A stretch of 64,000 bases of DNA from positions 75,950,001 to 76,014,000 of the forward strand of contig OX597820.1 in assembly GCA_951406725.2 (NCBI GenBank), in the 5' to 3' direction. The stretch comes from Octopus vulgaris (Eukaryota). Numbering within the stretch: the first letter of the stretch is position 1; each line of letters begins with the position of its first letter. Of the stretch, positions 1 through 12,727 are shown piece after piece. The translations under genes were made by a program, and so were the position numbers. The notes beneath the pieces are model-generated. The model was not told where the DNA came from. It saw only the letters and a list, made by a program, of their open reading frames with translations, and did no database searches.

Positions 1-590
1 TTCTTAGCAGTATTTCGGCTGCCGCTACGTTCTGAGTTTAAATTCCGCCTAGGTCGACTTTACCTTTCATCTTTTCGGGGTCGATAAATTAAATACCAGT
101 TACGCACTGGGGTCGATATAATCGACTTAATCCGTTTGTCTGTCCTTGTTTTTCCCCTTTGTGTTTAGCCCCTTGTGGGTAATAAAGAAATAGGTATTTC
201 GTCTGCCGCTACGTTCTGAGTTCAACTTCCGCCGAGGTCGACTTTGCCTTTCATCCTTTCGGGGTCGATAAATTAAGTACCAGTTGCATTCTGGTGTCGA
301 TCTAATCGACTGACCCTCACCTCATCTAAAAAAGAAAAATAATTTCGTGCCTTGTGACTAGAGTAGAATAGAATATTTCGAAGGCGGCGAGCTGGCAGAA
401 ACGTTAACACGCCGGGCGAAATGTTAACGGTCTTTATATACTGACTTAAAATTCCGCCGAGGTCGACTTTGCCTTTCATCCTTTCAGGGTTAATAAATTA
501 AGTACCAGTTGCGTACTGGGATCGATCTAATTGACTGGCACCCTCCACTAAAATTTCGGGCCTTGTACCTTGAGTAGAAAAGGATATTTC
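1..590 (+). mobile_element. SINE family A, three tandem units (truncated by window start)
   Basis: Three repeats of ...gttctgagttcaaattccgccgaggtcgactttgcctttcatcctttcggggtcgataaattaagtaccagt...ctggggtcgat (the third unit has an internal deletion); head ggcggcgagctggcagaaacgtt at 383; box-B-like gagttcaaattcc; more than 10 further copies in the window. Confidence 0.85.
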
Positions 591-604
591 CCTAAATTAA
601 TACC

Positions 605-1040
605 AGTGTGGTTAAAAAGATCGCTTTCGAAGTTGGTGGTTTCGGGTTCAGTCCGACCGCACAGCATTTTGAGCAAGTGTTTCTGCTACAGCCCCGAGCT
701 GTCCGGTGCCTTGCGAGTGAGTTTGGTAGATGGAAAAATTATGAAAGCCCGTCGTGTATGTTTGTCTGTCTGTGTGTCATTGAATCTGTGCTTGTCCTTC
801 CACCACTTGACAACCGGTGTTCATTCGTTTACCTCCCCGTAATTTAGTAGAGACCAGTAACATAAATACCTTAGTATAAGTGCCAATAGTACCTTTGTAC
901 CCATCGAATAAGTACTTTAAAAAGAAAACAAAGAGAAGTAAAATATAATAGTCAGTGGAGTCGATTTATTTGACGAAAACTCTCCAAGGTGGTGCACCAG
1001 TATGGTCACACACTCCAGTGACTGAAACAAGCAAAAGAAA
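605..1040 (+). mobile_element. SINE family B, degenerate copy
   Basis: Matches family B blocks: gggttcagtcc, ttgagcaagtgtttctgctacagcc, ccttgcgagtgagtttggtagatggaaa, tail ggtgcaccagtatggtcac...tgactgaaacaag. Confidence 0.7.
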
Positions 1041-1550
1041 TATAAAGAAGTATGTATGTAGACGAGAAAACTAGTTATTGTCATATAAAAATAATTACTA
1101 CCAAACATAACACAATAGCCAAACATGAACCTAAAATATAGGCTACAGATTATTAAATGATAAAAGATTAAAATACAAATCCTTTAATATAACGCTTGGA
1201 TGTTCATTATCACAACGTGTTCGAGGTTATTTGAGTCCTTTTTAGTAGGGAGTTCTGAGAAGGATTAACACTGAATATTAATTATGAGATTATCAGGTTG
1301 GTGTGAAGCAGTACACAATTAAAAAGGTAAAAAGGTTATTAAGAGTGTGAAGTTGTAATACTTTAGTAATGGCGGAGTGCTCCATGTCTATACACTTCTT
1401 CAATCCAGCTTCGTACAGCTAATCCGGCGCGAATTTTTCATTATACATGTACCTATGTATTTTTGTATGTTGGAAATAAGACGAAAATCTATATAAATCT
1501 GACGCGTCCATATGCCTGCTTGCATATATATACATACATAGGTACATATT

Positions 1551-1934
1551 CTCCTTTACTCTTTTACTTGCTTCAGTCATTTGACTGCGGCCATACTGGA
1601 GCACCGCCTTTAGTCGAAGAAATCTACTCCAGGACTTATTTCTTGTAAGCCTAGTACTTATTCTATCGGTCTCTTTTGTCGAACCGCTAAGTTACGGGGA
1701 CGTAAGCACAATAACATTGGTTGTCAAGCGATGCTGGAAGACAAAGACAGACACACAACCATATACATATACGACGAGCTTCTTTCAGATTCCGTCTGCC
1801 AAATCCACTCACAAGGCTTTGGGCGGCCCAAGGCTATAGTAGAAGATACCTGCCCAAGGTGCCACGCAGTGGGACTGAACCCAGAACCATGTGATTGGTA
1901 AGCAAGTTACTTACGACACAGCTACTCCTGCGCC
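1551..1934 (-). mobile_element. SINE family B (tRNA-derived), full-length
   Basis: Reverse complement starts ggcgcaggagtagctgtg..gggttcagtcccactgcgtggcaccttgggcagg and ends ggcggtgctccagtatggccgcagtcaaatgactgaagcaagtaaaagag; colinear with 6340-6797 and 49209-49619. Confidence 0.88.
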
Positions 1935-1954
1935 AATATATGCGTACCTACATG

Positions 1955-2185
1955 AATGGATTCCATGGAATTGGGGTGGATGTTTTCAAGAAACAACTTG
2001 ACCTCCTGTTTCCAGGGTTTCTGATTATCCGACAATATGGCAAGAAACTCAAAACATGGCAGCAATGTTGAACTCCCTCCACCAACAGCCGATCGCATAA
2101 GGATGGCCATTGCAAATGTGATTACACTGCCAGATCTCCAACATGGTCAAAGCATTTGTGCTGAAACGCATAAGAGAATAAAAGT
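1955..2185 (+). mobile_element. Decayed LINE 3' end (CR1/L2/Jockey-type ORF2 C-terminus plus tail)
   Basis: Hand translation FHGIGVDVFKKQLDLL/(frameshift)SRVSDYPTIWQETQNMAAMLNSLHQ, homologous to 8600-8885; followed by tail ctccaacatggtcaaagc...gctgaaacgcataagagaataaaag. Confidence 0.65.
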
Positions 2186-2706
2186 ACTGACACTGGGGTA
2201 CAAATATACAAAGCCTAATATACCCATCATGACTACCCGTCTGATACCAGGCACATGCATCACAACAATATGTGCGCGACATAGTGATTTTCTATCAAGA
2301 TGAACAGCGCATACCCTTGCAGGTGGGGCCCAGTTAGAATTTTCTTCAAGTCGAGAAGCCCATCCCGCTCAAAAGGTCCTTGAATGAGGATTGTTTAAGT
2401 ATGTTTAACAAAGTACCCATGTTTCCAAAGGTGAATTATCTAAACCCGAAAGAATTCCTCTCAACACATGACTATGATGCTTTCCCACTACTTCTTCTTG
2501 TGATCAGCGATGCACACATCGTCAGCCACTAAGGGACATGCTTAAGTGGTTAAGGTCAAACAACTGACAAGCAAATCTGTGGTATTGAGCAGAATATTTT
2601 CTGTAGCCCATCTTTTATACCAAGGCAAAGTAATGTGCATGATAACAGTTCCAATCAGTTAAGATCAGGAGCCGTGAAAGCCACTGCCTGGTAATGCATC
2701 AGGCCA
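2186..2706 (-). mobile_element. Unclassified interspersed repeat abutting a (TAT)n array
   Basis: Complex, higher-GC block ending at a (TAT)n run; its edge tgacactggggtacaaatatacaaagcc recurs degenerately at ~12487-12516 (tgacactctgaggtagaagtatacgaatcc), also next to (TAT)n. Confidence 0.4.
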
Positions 2707-2739
2707 TATTATTATTATTATTATCATTATTATTATTAC

Positions 2740-2833
<94 letters not shown>

Positions 2834-2835
2834 GT
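2707..2835. repeat. (TAT)n microsatellite
   Basis: Direct reading. Confidence 0.95.
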
Positions 2836-3249
2836 TGTTGTTCCCTGTTGCCATTGTTCTCATACATAATACATATTTTTGAATTGGAATGGTAAAGAAA
2901 GCTTGTCATTTATTAATGTCAATACTAGTGGCATCACATCCCCATCATTATCATCCTCATCACTATTATCATCAATACAACATCATCATGAAAAGTAGTA
3001 GTAGTAGTAGTAGTAGTGTTATCACGTTCCTCAACTTGTCTAGCCTTCTGTCCAATCTCTGACAATTTTGTCCATGTGTATTTACCGTTAATCTTCTTAA
3101 TCCATTTGGCGGACGATTGTTAATTTGCATATTATTTTGTGACGTCATTGAATGGTAATTAACGAACGGCGTGCGGAGGGTTGGGGGGCGGATACAGGAG
3201 AATTTCGACGAGGTGAAGAGAATCGAAGGAGAGTAGTGATTCTGTTAAT

Positions 3250-3868
<619 letters not shown>

Positions 3869-4096
3869 CGTGGATGAAGAGTTTCCAGTGAGTGATGTTA
3901 ACAGAGTTAGCTAGCCTACGTCACAGTCAGTATGGAAGGAGAGAATGACAATAATTCAATTACTTCCCGTGATTGAGCGTTAGCAGAAAAAGAAAATAAA
4001 TACATAAATAAATAAATAAAAGAAAAAAGACTCTTTCCAGGTGGCAACGAAACTTAGCGAGAAGGCAAATACACACTTAGCAAAAATACAATACTG

Positions 4097-4143
4097 ATGG
4101 TAATGATGATGATGATAACAACAATAACAATAATAATAATAAT

Positions 4144-4205
<62 letters not shown>

Positions 4206-4213
4206 TAATAATG

Positions 4214-4256
<43 letters not shown>

Positions 4257-4371
4257 TAATAATAATAATAAAAATAATAATAATAATAATGATAATAATA
4301 ATATTAATAATATTAATAATAATAATATTAATAATAATAATTATTATAATTATAATATTAATAATAACAAC

Positions 4372-4404
<33 letters not shown>

Positions 4405-4486
4405 TATGATGATGATGATGATGATGATAATGGTGGAGATGTTGTTGTTGGTGGTGATGGTGATGATAATGGTGATTCTTTTCCTT

Positions 4487-4517
<31 letters not shown>

Positions 4518-4545
4518 TTATTATTATTATTACTATTATTATTAC

Positions 4546-4602
<57 letters not shown>

Positions 4603-4630
4603 CATCATCATCCTCATCATCATCATCATT
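4097..4630. repeat. Compound trinucleotide array (AAT)n-(GAT)n-(GTT/GGT)-(CTT)n-(ATT)n-(ATC)n
   Basis: Direct reading. Confidence 0.95.
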
Positions 4631-5108
4631 ATTCCCTGTTTTTTTTAAATTATTTTTGTTCTTTCAACCCAAATCGAAAGTGTCAACTTAAGTTCATTTC
4701 AAGTGCTATCTTAATTTTATTTTAGGGATAATTTTCTGTTGTCGTTTTCCCTTTATTTTTAATCATTTCTTGAACGTGTTCGATAACGTAGACAAGCTTA
4801 TATTTTCCCCTTTAATTTCAATCTTGCTATATTTTCCTTTCTTTTATATTATTTTGTAATTAACATACTTAACTTTTGATAGGTGACTAAAAAAAAGGAT
4901 ACAGATCCCGAGGAAGAAGCGTACAAAGTCCATTTGTAATTAACTGCAACAACAATAGCACCATATACACATATATACAGACATACATATGTGTGTGCAT
5001 TATATATATACATACATATGTACATATATATATATATATATATATATACATACATACATGCATGCATATTACTTGTACCACATCCTCACGTTCGTTCCTT
5101 CTTTGGAT

Positions 5109-5153
<45 letters not shown>

Positions 5154-5164
5154 TATATGTAGTA

Positions 5165-5219
<55 letters not shown>

Positions 5220-5691
5220 GTACTTGTTTAGTCATCTGACTATATATATATATATATCGAAACGCGATCCTCCGATATATATATATATTGTGTAGTTTCA
5301 TATATTTCACATAATTTAAAATAATTTGCCATCAAGACAATTATTTTACAGTGTGTGTGAAATGTCCATAGGCTTATTGGTTTTTAAAGACATTGTTCGC
5401 CCTACCTTTCCCTCAACAATACATGGATTACACGTCCTTACAAAATCTTATGAACTTTAATTTTTGTTTACAATTCTTTAGCATGGGCGGAACCGCACGG
5501 AAGACTATAAATATCAAATGCTGAATCTTTACAAAGAGTAACGGTACATTCTAAATCAAGTGAAAACAAAGAATGTGTTTGGTGCAGTATCAGCTGCTAT
5601 GCAAATCTGTTTTTCGTCACTTCTAAAATAACGCGTTTATATTTAAGTAATTTCACTTATTACACTTTAACATTCCACAAAAGCACTTATA

Positions 5692-5728
<37 letters not shown>

Positions 5729-5766
5729 CACATATAAATTACAGTAATACTGTATGTAGCAGGAAA

Positions 5767-5985
5767 GCGGTGAGCTGGCAGAATCGTTAGCACATCGGGT
5801 ATAATATAATACTTAGCGGCATTTCGTCCATCTTTACGTTCCGAGTTCAAATTCCGTCAGAGTCGACTTTGCTTTTCATTATTTCTCACTTGATAAAATA
5901 AGTACTAGTTGAGCACTGGGGTCGATGTAATCGACTTTACTCCTCCCCCAGAATTGCTGACCTTATGCCAAGATTTAAAACCAAA
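5767..5985 (+). mobile_element. SINE family A monomer
   Basis: gcggtgagctggcagaatcgttagcac...gagttcaaattccgtcagagtcgactttgcttttcat...cactggggtcgatgtaatcgact. Confidence 0.8.
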
Positions 5986-6339
5986 ATTGCATGTCGCAGG
6001 CGTTATCGAAACTAAAAAGAATCGATAAGATACCGTGAGGTGTTTATCGAAGGTTCCAGCAATTCTACCAATTCACAAGCCTATATATTGATACTTTAGT
6101 TAATCTCATCCGAAGGAGTGTACGACAAACACGGCGTCAGAAGGATTGGAACTTGGAACCTAAAAGTGGTAGAGAAACTAGAGCGAGGCTTAGTCTACAT
6201 CACACGTTCAGTTCCTTCAGTTCACCGCCGGCCCCTAATGCTAATCTTTATCGTCCTGGAATGATAAACGGCAAAGCAGGCAAAATTTGAACACAGAATT
6301 CTATGAGTCGTGCGAAATAGTCTAACTATTTTTAATATT

Positions 6340-6573
6340 TTACTCCATTACTTGTTTCAGTCATTTGAGTGTGGCCATGCTGAAGCACCACCTTTTAGTC
6401 GAGCAAATCGACCCATAGGACTTATTCTTTATAAGCCTCGTACTTATTCTATCGGTCTCTTTTGCCGAACCGCTAAGTTATGGGGACGTAAACAAACCAG
6501 CATCGGTTGTCAAGCGATGTTGAGGGGTCAAACACAGACACATAAACATACACACACACATATATACATATAC

Positions 6574-6636
<63 letters not shown>

Positions 6637-6797
6637 ACGGGCTTCTTTCAGTTTCCGTCTACCAAATCCACTCACAAGGCTTTGGTTTGCCCGAGGCTAT
6701 AGTAGAAGACACTTGCCCAAGGTGCCACGCAGTGGGACTGAACCCGGAACCATGTGGTTCGTAAGCAAGCTACTTACCACACAGCCACTCCTACGCC
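6340..6797 (-). mobile_element. SINE family B, full-length with internal (TA)n/(CA)n
   Basis: Colinear with 1551-1934 and 49209-49619. Confidence 0.9.
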
Positions 6798-8599
6798 TAT
6801 ATAGGAATTTTCTGCAATGCTTCACCAATTCCACTAGTCTACTGCTATGTAATGTCACCTCATTTTATCGGTTTCAGATGACTTACATATACTTTGTTGC
6901 TCCCGCGTCGGGCGACGCATGAGCCCATCACAGCACTCCATCAGGGCCAACCAGCATCCACTCTCAACCGTTGTCCAATTGCTGTGATGCTTTTACACTT
7001 TGGACTGTTTTCGTAGCATATGATTTTGTTTCTACCTTCGGGGAGAGGGTGCTAACCTGAAGCCCAAAAACTTACATTTGGGAAAGAGCCTGTAAGTAAA
7101 GCTGTCTCTGTCGACTGGTCGGCGAAGTCCAAGAAGTTTAGAGACGCTTTCAGCCTCGGACACATGGTCGTTGGTCACCTTGAGATTCCTCCGTCCTGGC
7201 TGTTGACCATTGCTGCAGTTCCACCGCGCGCCTCGTGGCGCACTGTCCACACCGCCGTCTCAGAGGTGGTGTAACGGAGTGTGGGATTTGGAGCCGGCAA
7301 ATGAAAGATTTGAGGGTTGAGTGAGAGACAGGTATAGAGCAGCGTATTAGATACCAAAGGTATCATATTTACGTGGAGAAATGATACAAAGGGATTTTAT
7401 TTCACACCTTGCTGCAAATCCAATGTCTTAAACAACAAAAAACATCTATTGAGTAGCTAAATTCGGTTATTTATTTTATCTTAATCCTTTCTTTTGTTAA
7501 TTGAATTAGCATAAAAATATTTTCATCGCAGTTTTGTGGATTTTTTCTTTTTTTTTATGTTCTATTTTACTTCCAGAACTTGTTTATCGCGTTTGAAATC
7601 TGAATAAATTTTACCTGCTTTGAGAGATATGACCATAGAGTGCCAAGTTAGAAAAAAAATATGGGGGGGGGTGAACGAATTTTTCTGACAACGAAATGCA
7701 ATAACAACGATGACGACGACCACGATGACATCACCACTTTCATCAACAATTTACGGCAAAAACGGAAATCATAACTGAATATTCTACTTTAAGAAAGAAA
7801 CCAGGATTTCACCTAATAGATATTGATAGCTGACTGACACTTCCATACAAAGCTTTATCGAATCGAACACAAAAATTCGTAACATAAATAGAACCGATAA
7901 TACATAAAACGAGATTGTGAGGGCATTTAATGTCTCCCCACCCGCAGGCAGGCACACATGCGCCTTCCTACTAATAAACGAAATGGCGAATTGGGTCCGG
8001 TTTCAGCAAATGTTCAAATTAATCCTTACTTCCGGTTGAACATGTAATTTAGGTGTTTGCAACATACCAGCATAAAAGAAGTAAGCGATGTAACTTAATG
8101 TCTCACAAAAAGGCTTCCCACGGTGTTACTGAATGCTTTACCATAATTTGAACTAGTAAAAGAAAGTGGGTTTCCAGTTACATGTGTGGTGTATGGTTTG
8201 TAAGATTAATGCAAAAGCAAGACTCATGAAAATCTTCATTTGCCTTTAGGCGTTTCTCAGTCTTTTAAAACCTATCTTTATGTCTCCACAGCATGATACT
8301 TAGAGACACACAAGCATTCCACGCATACATATATATGCATACACCACGCACGTACACATAAACATAAACACACACATACATACATGCATACACACATATA
8401 TGCATACACATATATACACATATAAAATTGTTGCACTTGGTTTTGTGTGTAGCTGCGTATATGACTATCTGGTAAAGTTAGTTTTCAGAAAAATAAAACA
8501 TCAACCAGTTAACACGCACATAACAAATACAATTTGTAAAAATACGAAAAAAATTTCTTATTTCGAAATGTGAATATTGCCTACATTCCATCATTATCC

Positions 8600-8885
8600 T
8601 ATCTGTTTCAGATAGAGGATGTGGCCATGCTGGTACATTGTCATTAGTACAAACGCTGGTTTATTTTAGACTCATTTCCGAATCGTATCACCAGAATCGG
8701 TTTTGGAGAAGTAGTGAGATGGACAGAGTTGTCTTTCTTTGTGTGTCTTGCTATGATGTAGATTCATCGGGCAAATTAGATCAAAGATTCTCTAATTGTT
8801 CTTTAATCACAGCTATATCAACACCTCGTAGATCTCTAAGAATATTTTGGTAAGATATGGAAAAGTTTCGGTCACTTAAAATCCT
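8600..8885 (-). mobile_element. Decayed LINE 3' end (same family as 1955-2185)
   Basis: Reverse-strand translation FK*PKLFHILPKY/LRDLRGVDIAVIKEQLENL*SNLPDESTS*QDTQRKTTLSISLLLQ, then tail ccagcatggccacatcctctatctgaaacag. Confidence 0.65.
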
Positions 8886-9242
8886 AAACTGTCACACTAC
8901 TGGGTTCTTAGCAACTTGCGGCCTGCGGAAATTTCTAAATGACACACTTAACAAAATTTTATCGTGAATGTTGTTTCGTTTTTCTTTAATAGTGCTGCCT
9001 ATCTAAAGACATATCATGAAGCAAGCTTCTCGATAAAAGTTGTCGATGTCTCTTCTTGACGGTGAAGGTAGGATATTTGGGACGATGCAGTGGCATCTAG
9101 TCATGCGACTGGTAAAGCATTCAATCCCAAAGATACAAGACATTTGAACATTTTCTCTGTGTGTGTGTGTATATATATAATTTTTTCCGTAATGAGATAA
9201 AAAAAACCAAGGCTGTGTAGATTTTACAGCATTTATAAATAG

Positions 9243-9290
9243 GTCTAACAGCTGTTTCTAGGATATTTATTATATCCCTTCTTCGGAGAC
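9243..9290 (-). ncRNA. Minimal type-I hammerhead ribozyme-like motif
   Basis: Minus strand: GTCT-CCGAAGA-agGGATAT aataa ATATCCta-GAAA-CAGCTG-TT-AGAC. Stem I GTCT/AGAC, stem II, palindromic stem III, GUU site; core has U4>C. Confidence 0.65.
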
Positions 9291-9375
9291 AGTGTGAGGT
9301 ATGGTTGGACCCCTTATTCGCATAATCACCGAACCTGGAACTCTCTCAAAACTTCTCTCTCACTCTCTCTCTCTC

Positions 9376-9420
<45 letters not shown>

Positions 9421-9430
<10 letters not shown>

Positions 9431-9452
9431 TCCGCATCGTCTCTTCAGGGAG
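9421..9452 (-). ncRNA. Truncated hammerhead-like motif
   Basis: Minus strand ctcc-CTGAAGA-GACGATG-cggaatatata-CAT then runs into (TA)n; the GAAA half is missing. Confidence 0.3.
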
Positions 9453-9660
9453 TAGAGCCTCAGCTCTATACAGAAAGGAATAGATACATGCATACATACA
9501 TATATAAATACATACATACACACAGGCAGACCGGTTAGACAGGCAGACAGTCATAAATTTAAGCTTAAAAATACTAAAACATTTTGCTGGACGCTGAAAC
9601 TTCAGAAATCCTTTCATTTTGACTCCATGTTTATAAAACACACGCACACACACACACACA

Positions 9661-9733
<73 letters not shown>

Positions 9734-10297
9734 ACACACACACATGCACATATATTCTTAAAAGGGCCTTAGAATTGAATCCATGTTGTGAATCACATAT
9801 CGAGAGTAATGCAGTCTCTCTTCCTTTCTTTCTCTTTTTCTCTCCCTTTCCCCCTCTCTCTCTCTTCTATTTAAACATATCTGTAATTCTTTAGTTTTCG
9901 AAGTGCTCTATGTATTGCTGACGCTGCCCTATATCTTTCCTAATATCTTTTCTGTATATCCCGAGGCGCCATGATCTGTCGAGTTTTAACTATGCTAGCG
10001 AACGGATCATTGATTTTATGAAAGCATCTCCATTCTTTCTAGAAGTCTTTGCATATTGTCGACCAAGAAACCTAGATAACAATATATTTGAATAATATTT
10101 CATAGTTTAGATTTTGGTATAACTGCTGAACAATTTTGGGCATATCTGCACACAGAAACCGAAGGAATGCACGCGTTTAATTTTACACCTGTGCGAAAAC
10201 AAAGAGTATTTCCTCCACATTTTATGCATGTTTATATATACACACGTACACATATATACATATATAAATATATATGCATGTATGTATATATACAAAC

Positions 10298-10340
<43 letters not shown>

Positions 10341-10384
10341 CACATGTATGTATATATGTATATATATAAATATATATATGTATA

Positions 10385-10415
<31 letters not shown>

Positions 10416-10499
10416 CTGTTTGTATATATATACAAACAGATATATGTATATATATATATGTATCTGTTTGTATATATATATATATACACACATACATAT

Positions 10500-10662
10500 T
10501 TGTTCTCTTTATTTTCTTTCTTTGTTTCTTTGTGTGTTCCTTTCTGTGGAAGAGCGTAGTGTCGAAACGTTAAAGACTTTTCACTTCTCGAGCGTTGTAC
10601 TAATACATCTGTTGTCTACACCAGCTGTCATAGTCTTTTGTTTTTACTTTTTTGTGAATTAT

Positions 10663-10666
<4 letters not shown>
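10500..10666 (+). mobile_element. Short TA-flanked repeat (putative Penelope-like terminus) carrying a hammerhead-like motif
   Basis: Homologous to reverse complement of 54421-54532 (aagagcgtag..tcgaaacgtt.aagactttt.cacttc.cgagcgtt.tactaatacatctg...gtgaatt.tccct); flanked by (TA)n. Confidence 0.7.
10540..10575 (+). ncRNA. Minimal type-I hammerhead-like motif (degenerate)
   Basis: CTTT-CTGTGGA-aGAGCgtagtgTC-GAAA-CG-TT-AAAG; stem I CTTT/AAAG; sister copy has intact stem II GAGC-gtag-GCTC; core A6>U. Confidence 0.5.
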
Positions 10667-10729
<63 letters not shown>

Positions 10730-10744
10730 TGTATATATATATAT

Positions 10745-10985
10745 GTGTGTTTGTGTGTGTGTGTGTGTAAGATTTTGTGTCTGTGCTTGTGCCCCCAACA
10801 TCGTTTGACAACCGATGCTGGTGTGTTTACGTTCCCCTAACATAGCAGTTTGGCAAAAGAGACCGATGGAATAAGTATTAAGCTTACGAAAACTAAGTCC
10901 TGGGGTCGTCGATTTGCTCGACTAAAGGTGCTGCTTCAGTATGGCGCAATCAAATGACTGAAACAAGTAAAAGAATAAAAGAATA
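10745..10985 (+). mobile_element. SINE family B, 3' half
   Basis: tgtcccccaacatcgtttgacaaccgatgctggtgtgtttacg...caaatgactgaaacaagtaaaagaataaaagaa. Confidence 0.8.
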
Positions 10986-11084
10986 AATATATATATATAT
11001 ATATATATGCATTCACAGATACACACACACATACACACACATATATATATATATATGCATGTATATATACATACATACATACAT

Positions 11085-11131
<47 letters not shown>

Positions 11132-11165
11132 AGGAGGGAGAGAGAGAAATACACACACACACGCG

Positions 11166-11225
<60 letters not shown>

Positions 11226-11560
11226 TGCAATGCTGAACGCTTGTCGTTTTGAAGGTGATTCGTCATAATATCGTAAAATATAAGCGACAATGGCGCAGGT
11301 GATGAGAGCGTTTTGACTTTTGCTACTTACGGTCGAACCGAGACCTGCTGAACAATCCCGTCATGACCTCCACTGCTATTCTTTCTAATCCTAAAACTTG
11401 CACTGATTAACAGCATATTAAAACACAGATTTCAGCCAATTCAGTTAGGGTCATGCAGGTACAGAGGGTACTGGATGAGCATTAAAGCAAATATGATTAT
11501 CTTAATTCTTAATATTTAAGCTATTAATAAATGGAATAAGCGAGAAACATAAATATTTTC

Positions 11561-11611
<51 letters not shown>

Positions 11612-11828
11612 ACACACACGCATGCATACACACGCATGTAAACAAACTCATGGGCGCGCGTGCGGGCTCTGAATATATCCATCTCTAGAATTATAAATAT
11701 TTTAAATCTATTTCTCGACTTTTCATGTACGTCCCTTCTATTTCCCTCTCGTTCTCCCTCTTTCTTTCTCTCTATATGTGTCTGAGTGCGAGCATGACGG
11801 CTGTATATATAGATATACATATACATAT

Positions 11829-11864
<36 letters not shown>

Positions 11865-12241
11865 ACACACACAACCCCCCCACACACACACATGCACACA
11901 CATATAGTCTCCATGAACGGACGAAAGCGCTAATAAAAATCATCCAAAATTCTGATTACCCATACTTCTTAATATGCAAAATCTGTACATCTTATCAAAG
12001 GCTCTATACATGCATATTCATATATGTATATAAGTATATATATATACGAATGTATATATATATATATATATGCACACATACATACACACACATATATATG
12101 CATTAATATATATGTGTGTGTGTGTGTGCGTGTGTATGTGTAGATACATACACACCAAATACATTATACGAAAAATACTATACATCATTGTGATTGTAGC
12201 CATTTTTGAGTCTTTGAGACTATATCTGTATAACTGAAGTT

Positions 12242-12368
12242 ATCATCATCATCATTGTCGTTGACGTCATCGTCGTTGTCATCGTTGTCGTTGTTGTTAT
12301 TATTGTTATTGTTGTTATACTTCTTCTACTTCTTCTACTTCTTCTTCTTCTTCTTATTATTATTATTA

Positions 12369-12423
<55 letters not shown>

Positions 12424-12457
12424 CATCATCATCATCATCATCATCATTATTATTATT
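12242..12457. repeat. Compound (ATC)/(GTT)/(CTT)/(ATT) trinucleotide array
   Basis: Direct reading. Confidence 0.9.
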
Positions 12458-12678
12458 GAGTGAAAGACCAGCGCATGCCACCAAAATGACACTCTGAGGT
12501 AGAAGTATACGAATCCCACTAAACTTATTATTAGTATCATTGTTACATTTTATATAAATCCTCACACCTTATGTTCGTCTTTGTTTGCACCTCGCCTCAT
12601 CGGTCGCCCTGGTGGCAAATAAAAAGGTATCATCGTCACCATCATCGTCGTTGTCGTCATCATCATCATCATCATTAC

Positions 12679-12727
<49 letters not shown>

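Noticed and set aside
5232-5275. ctgac-(TA)n-cgaaacgcg as a hammerhead
   Set aside because: Core lacks GA at positions 8-9, 'stem II' is just a TA microsatellite, and there is no UH site or stem I
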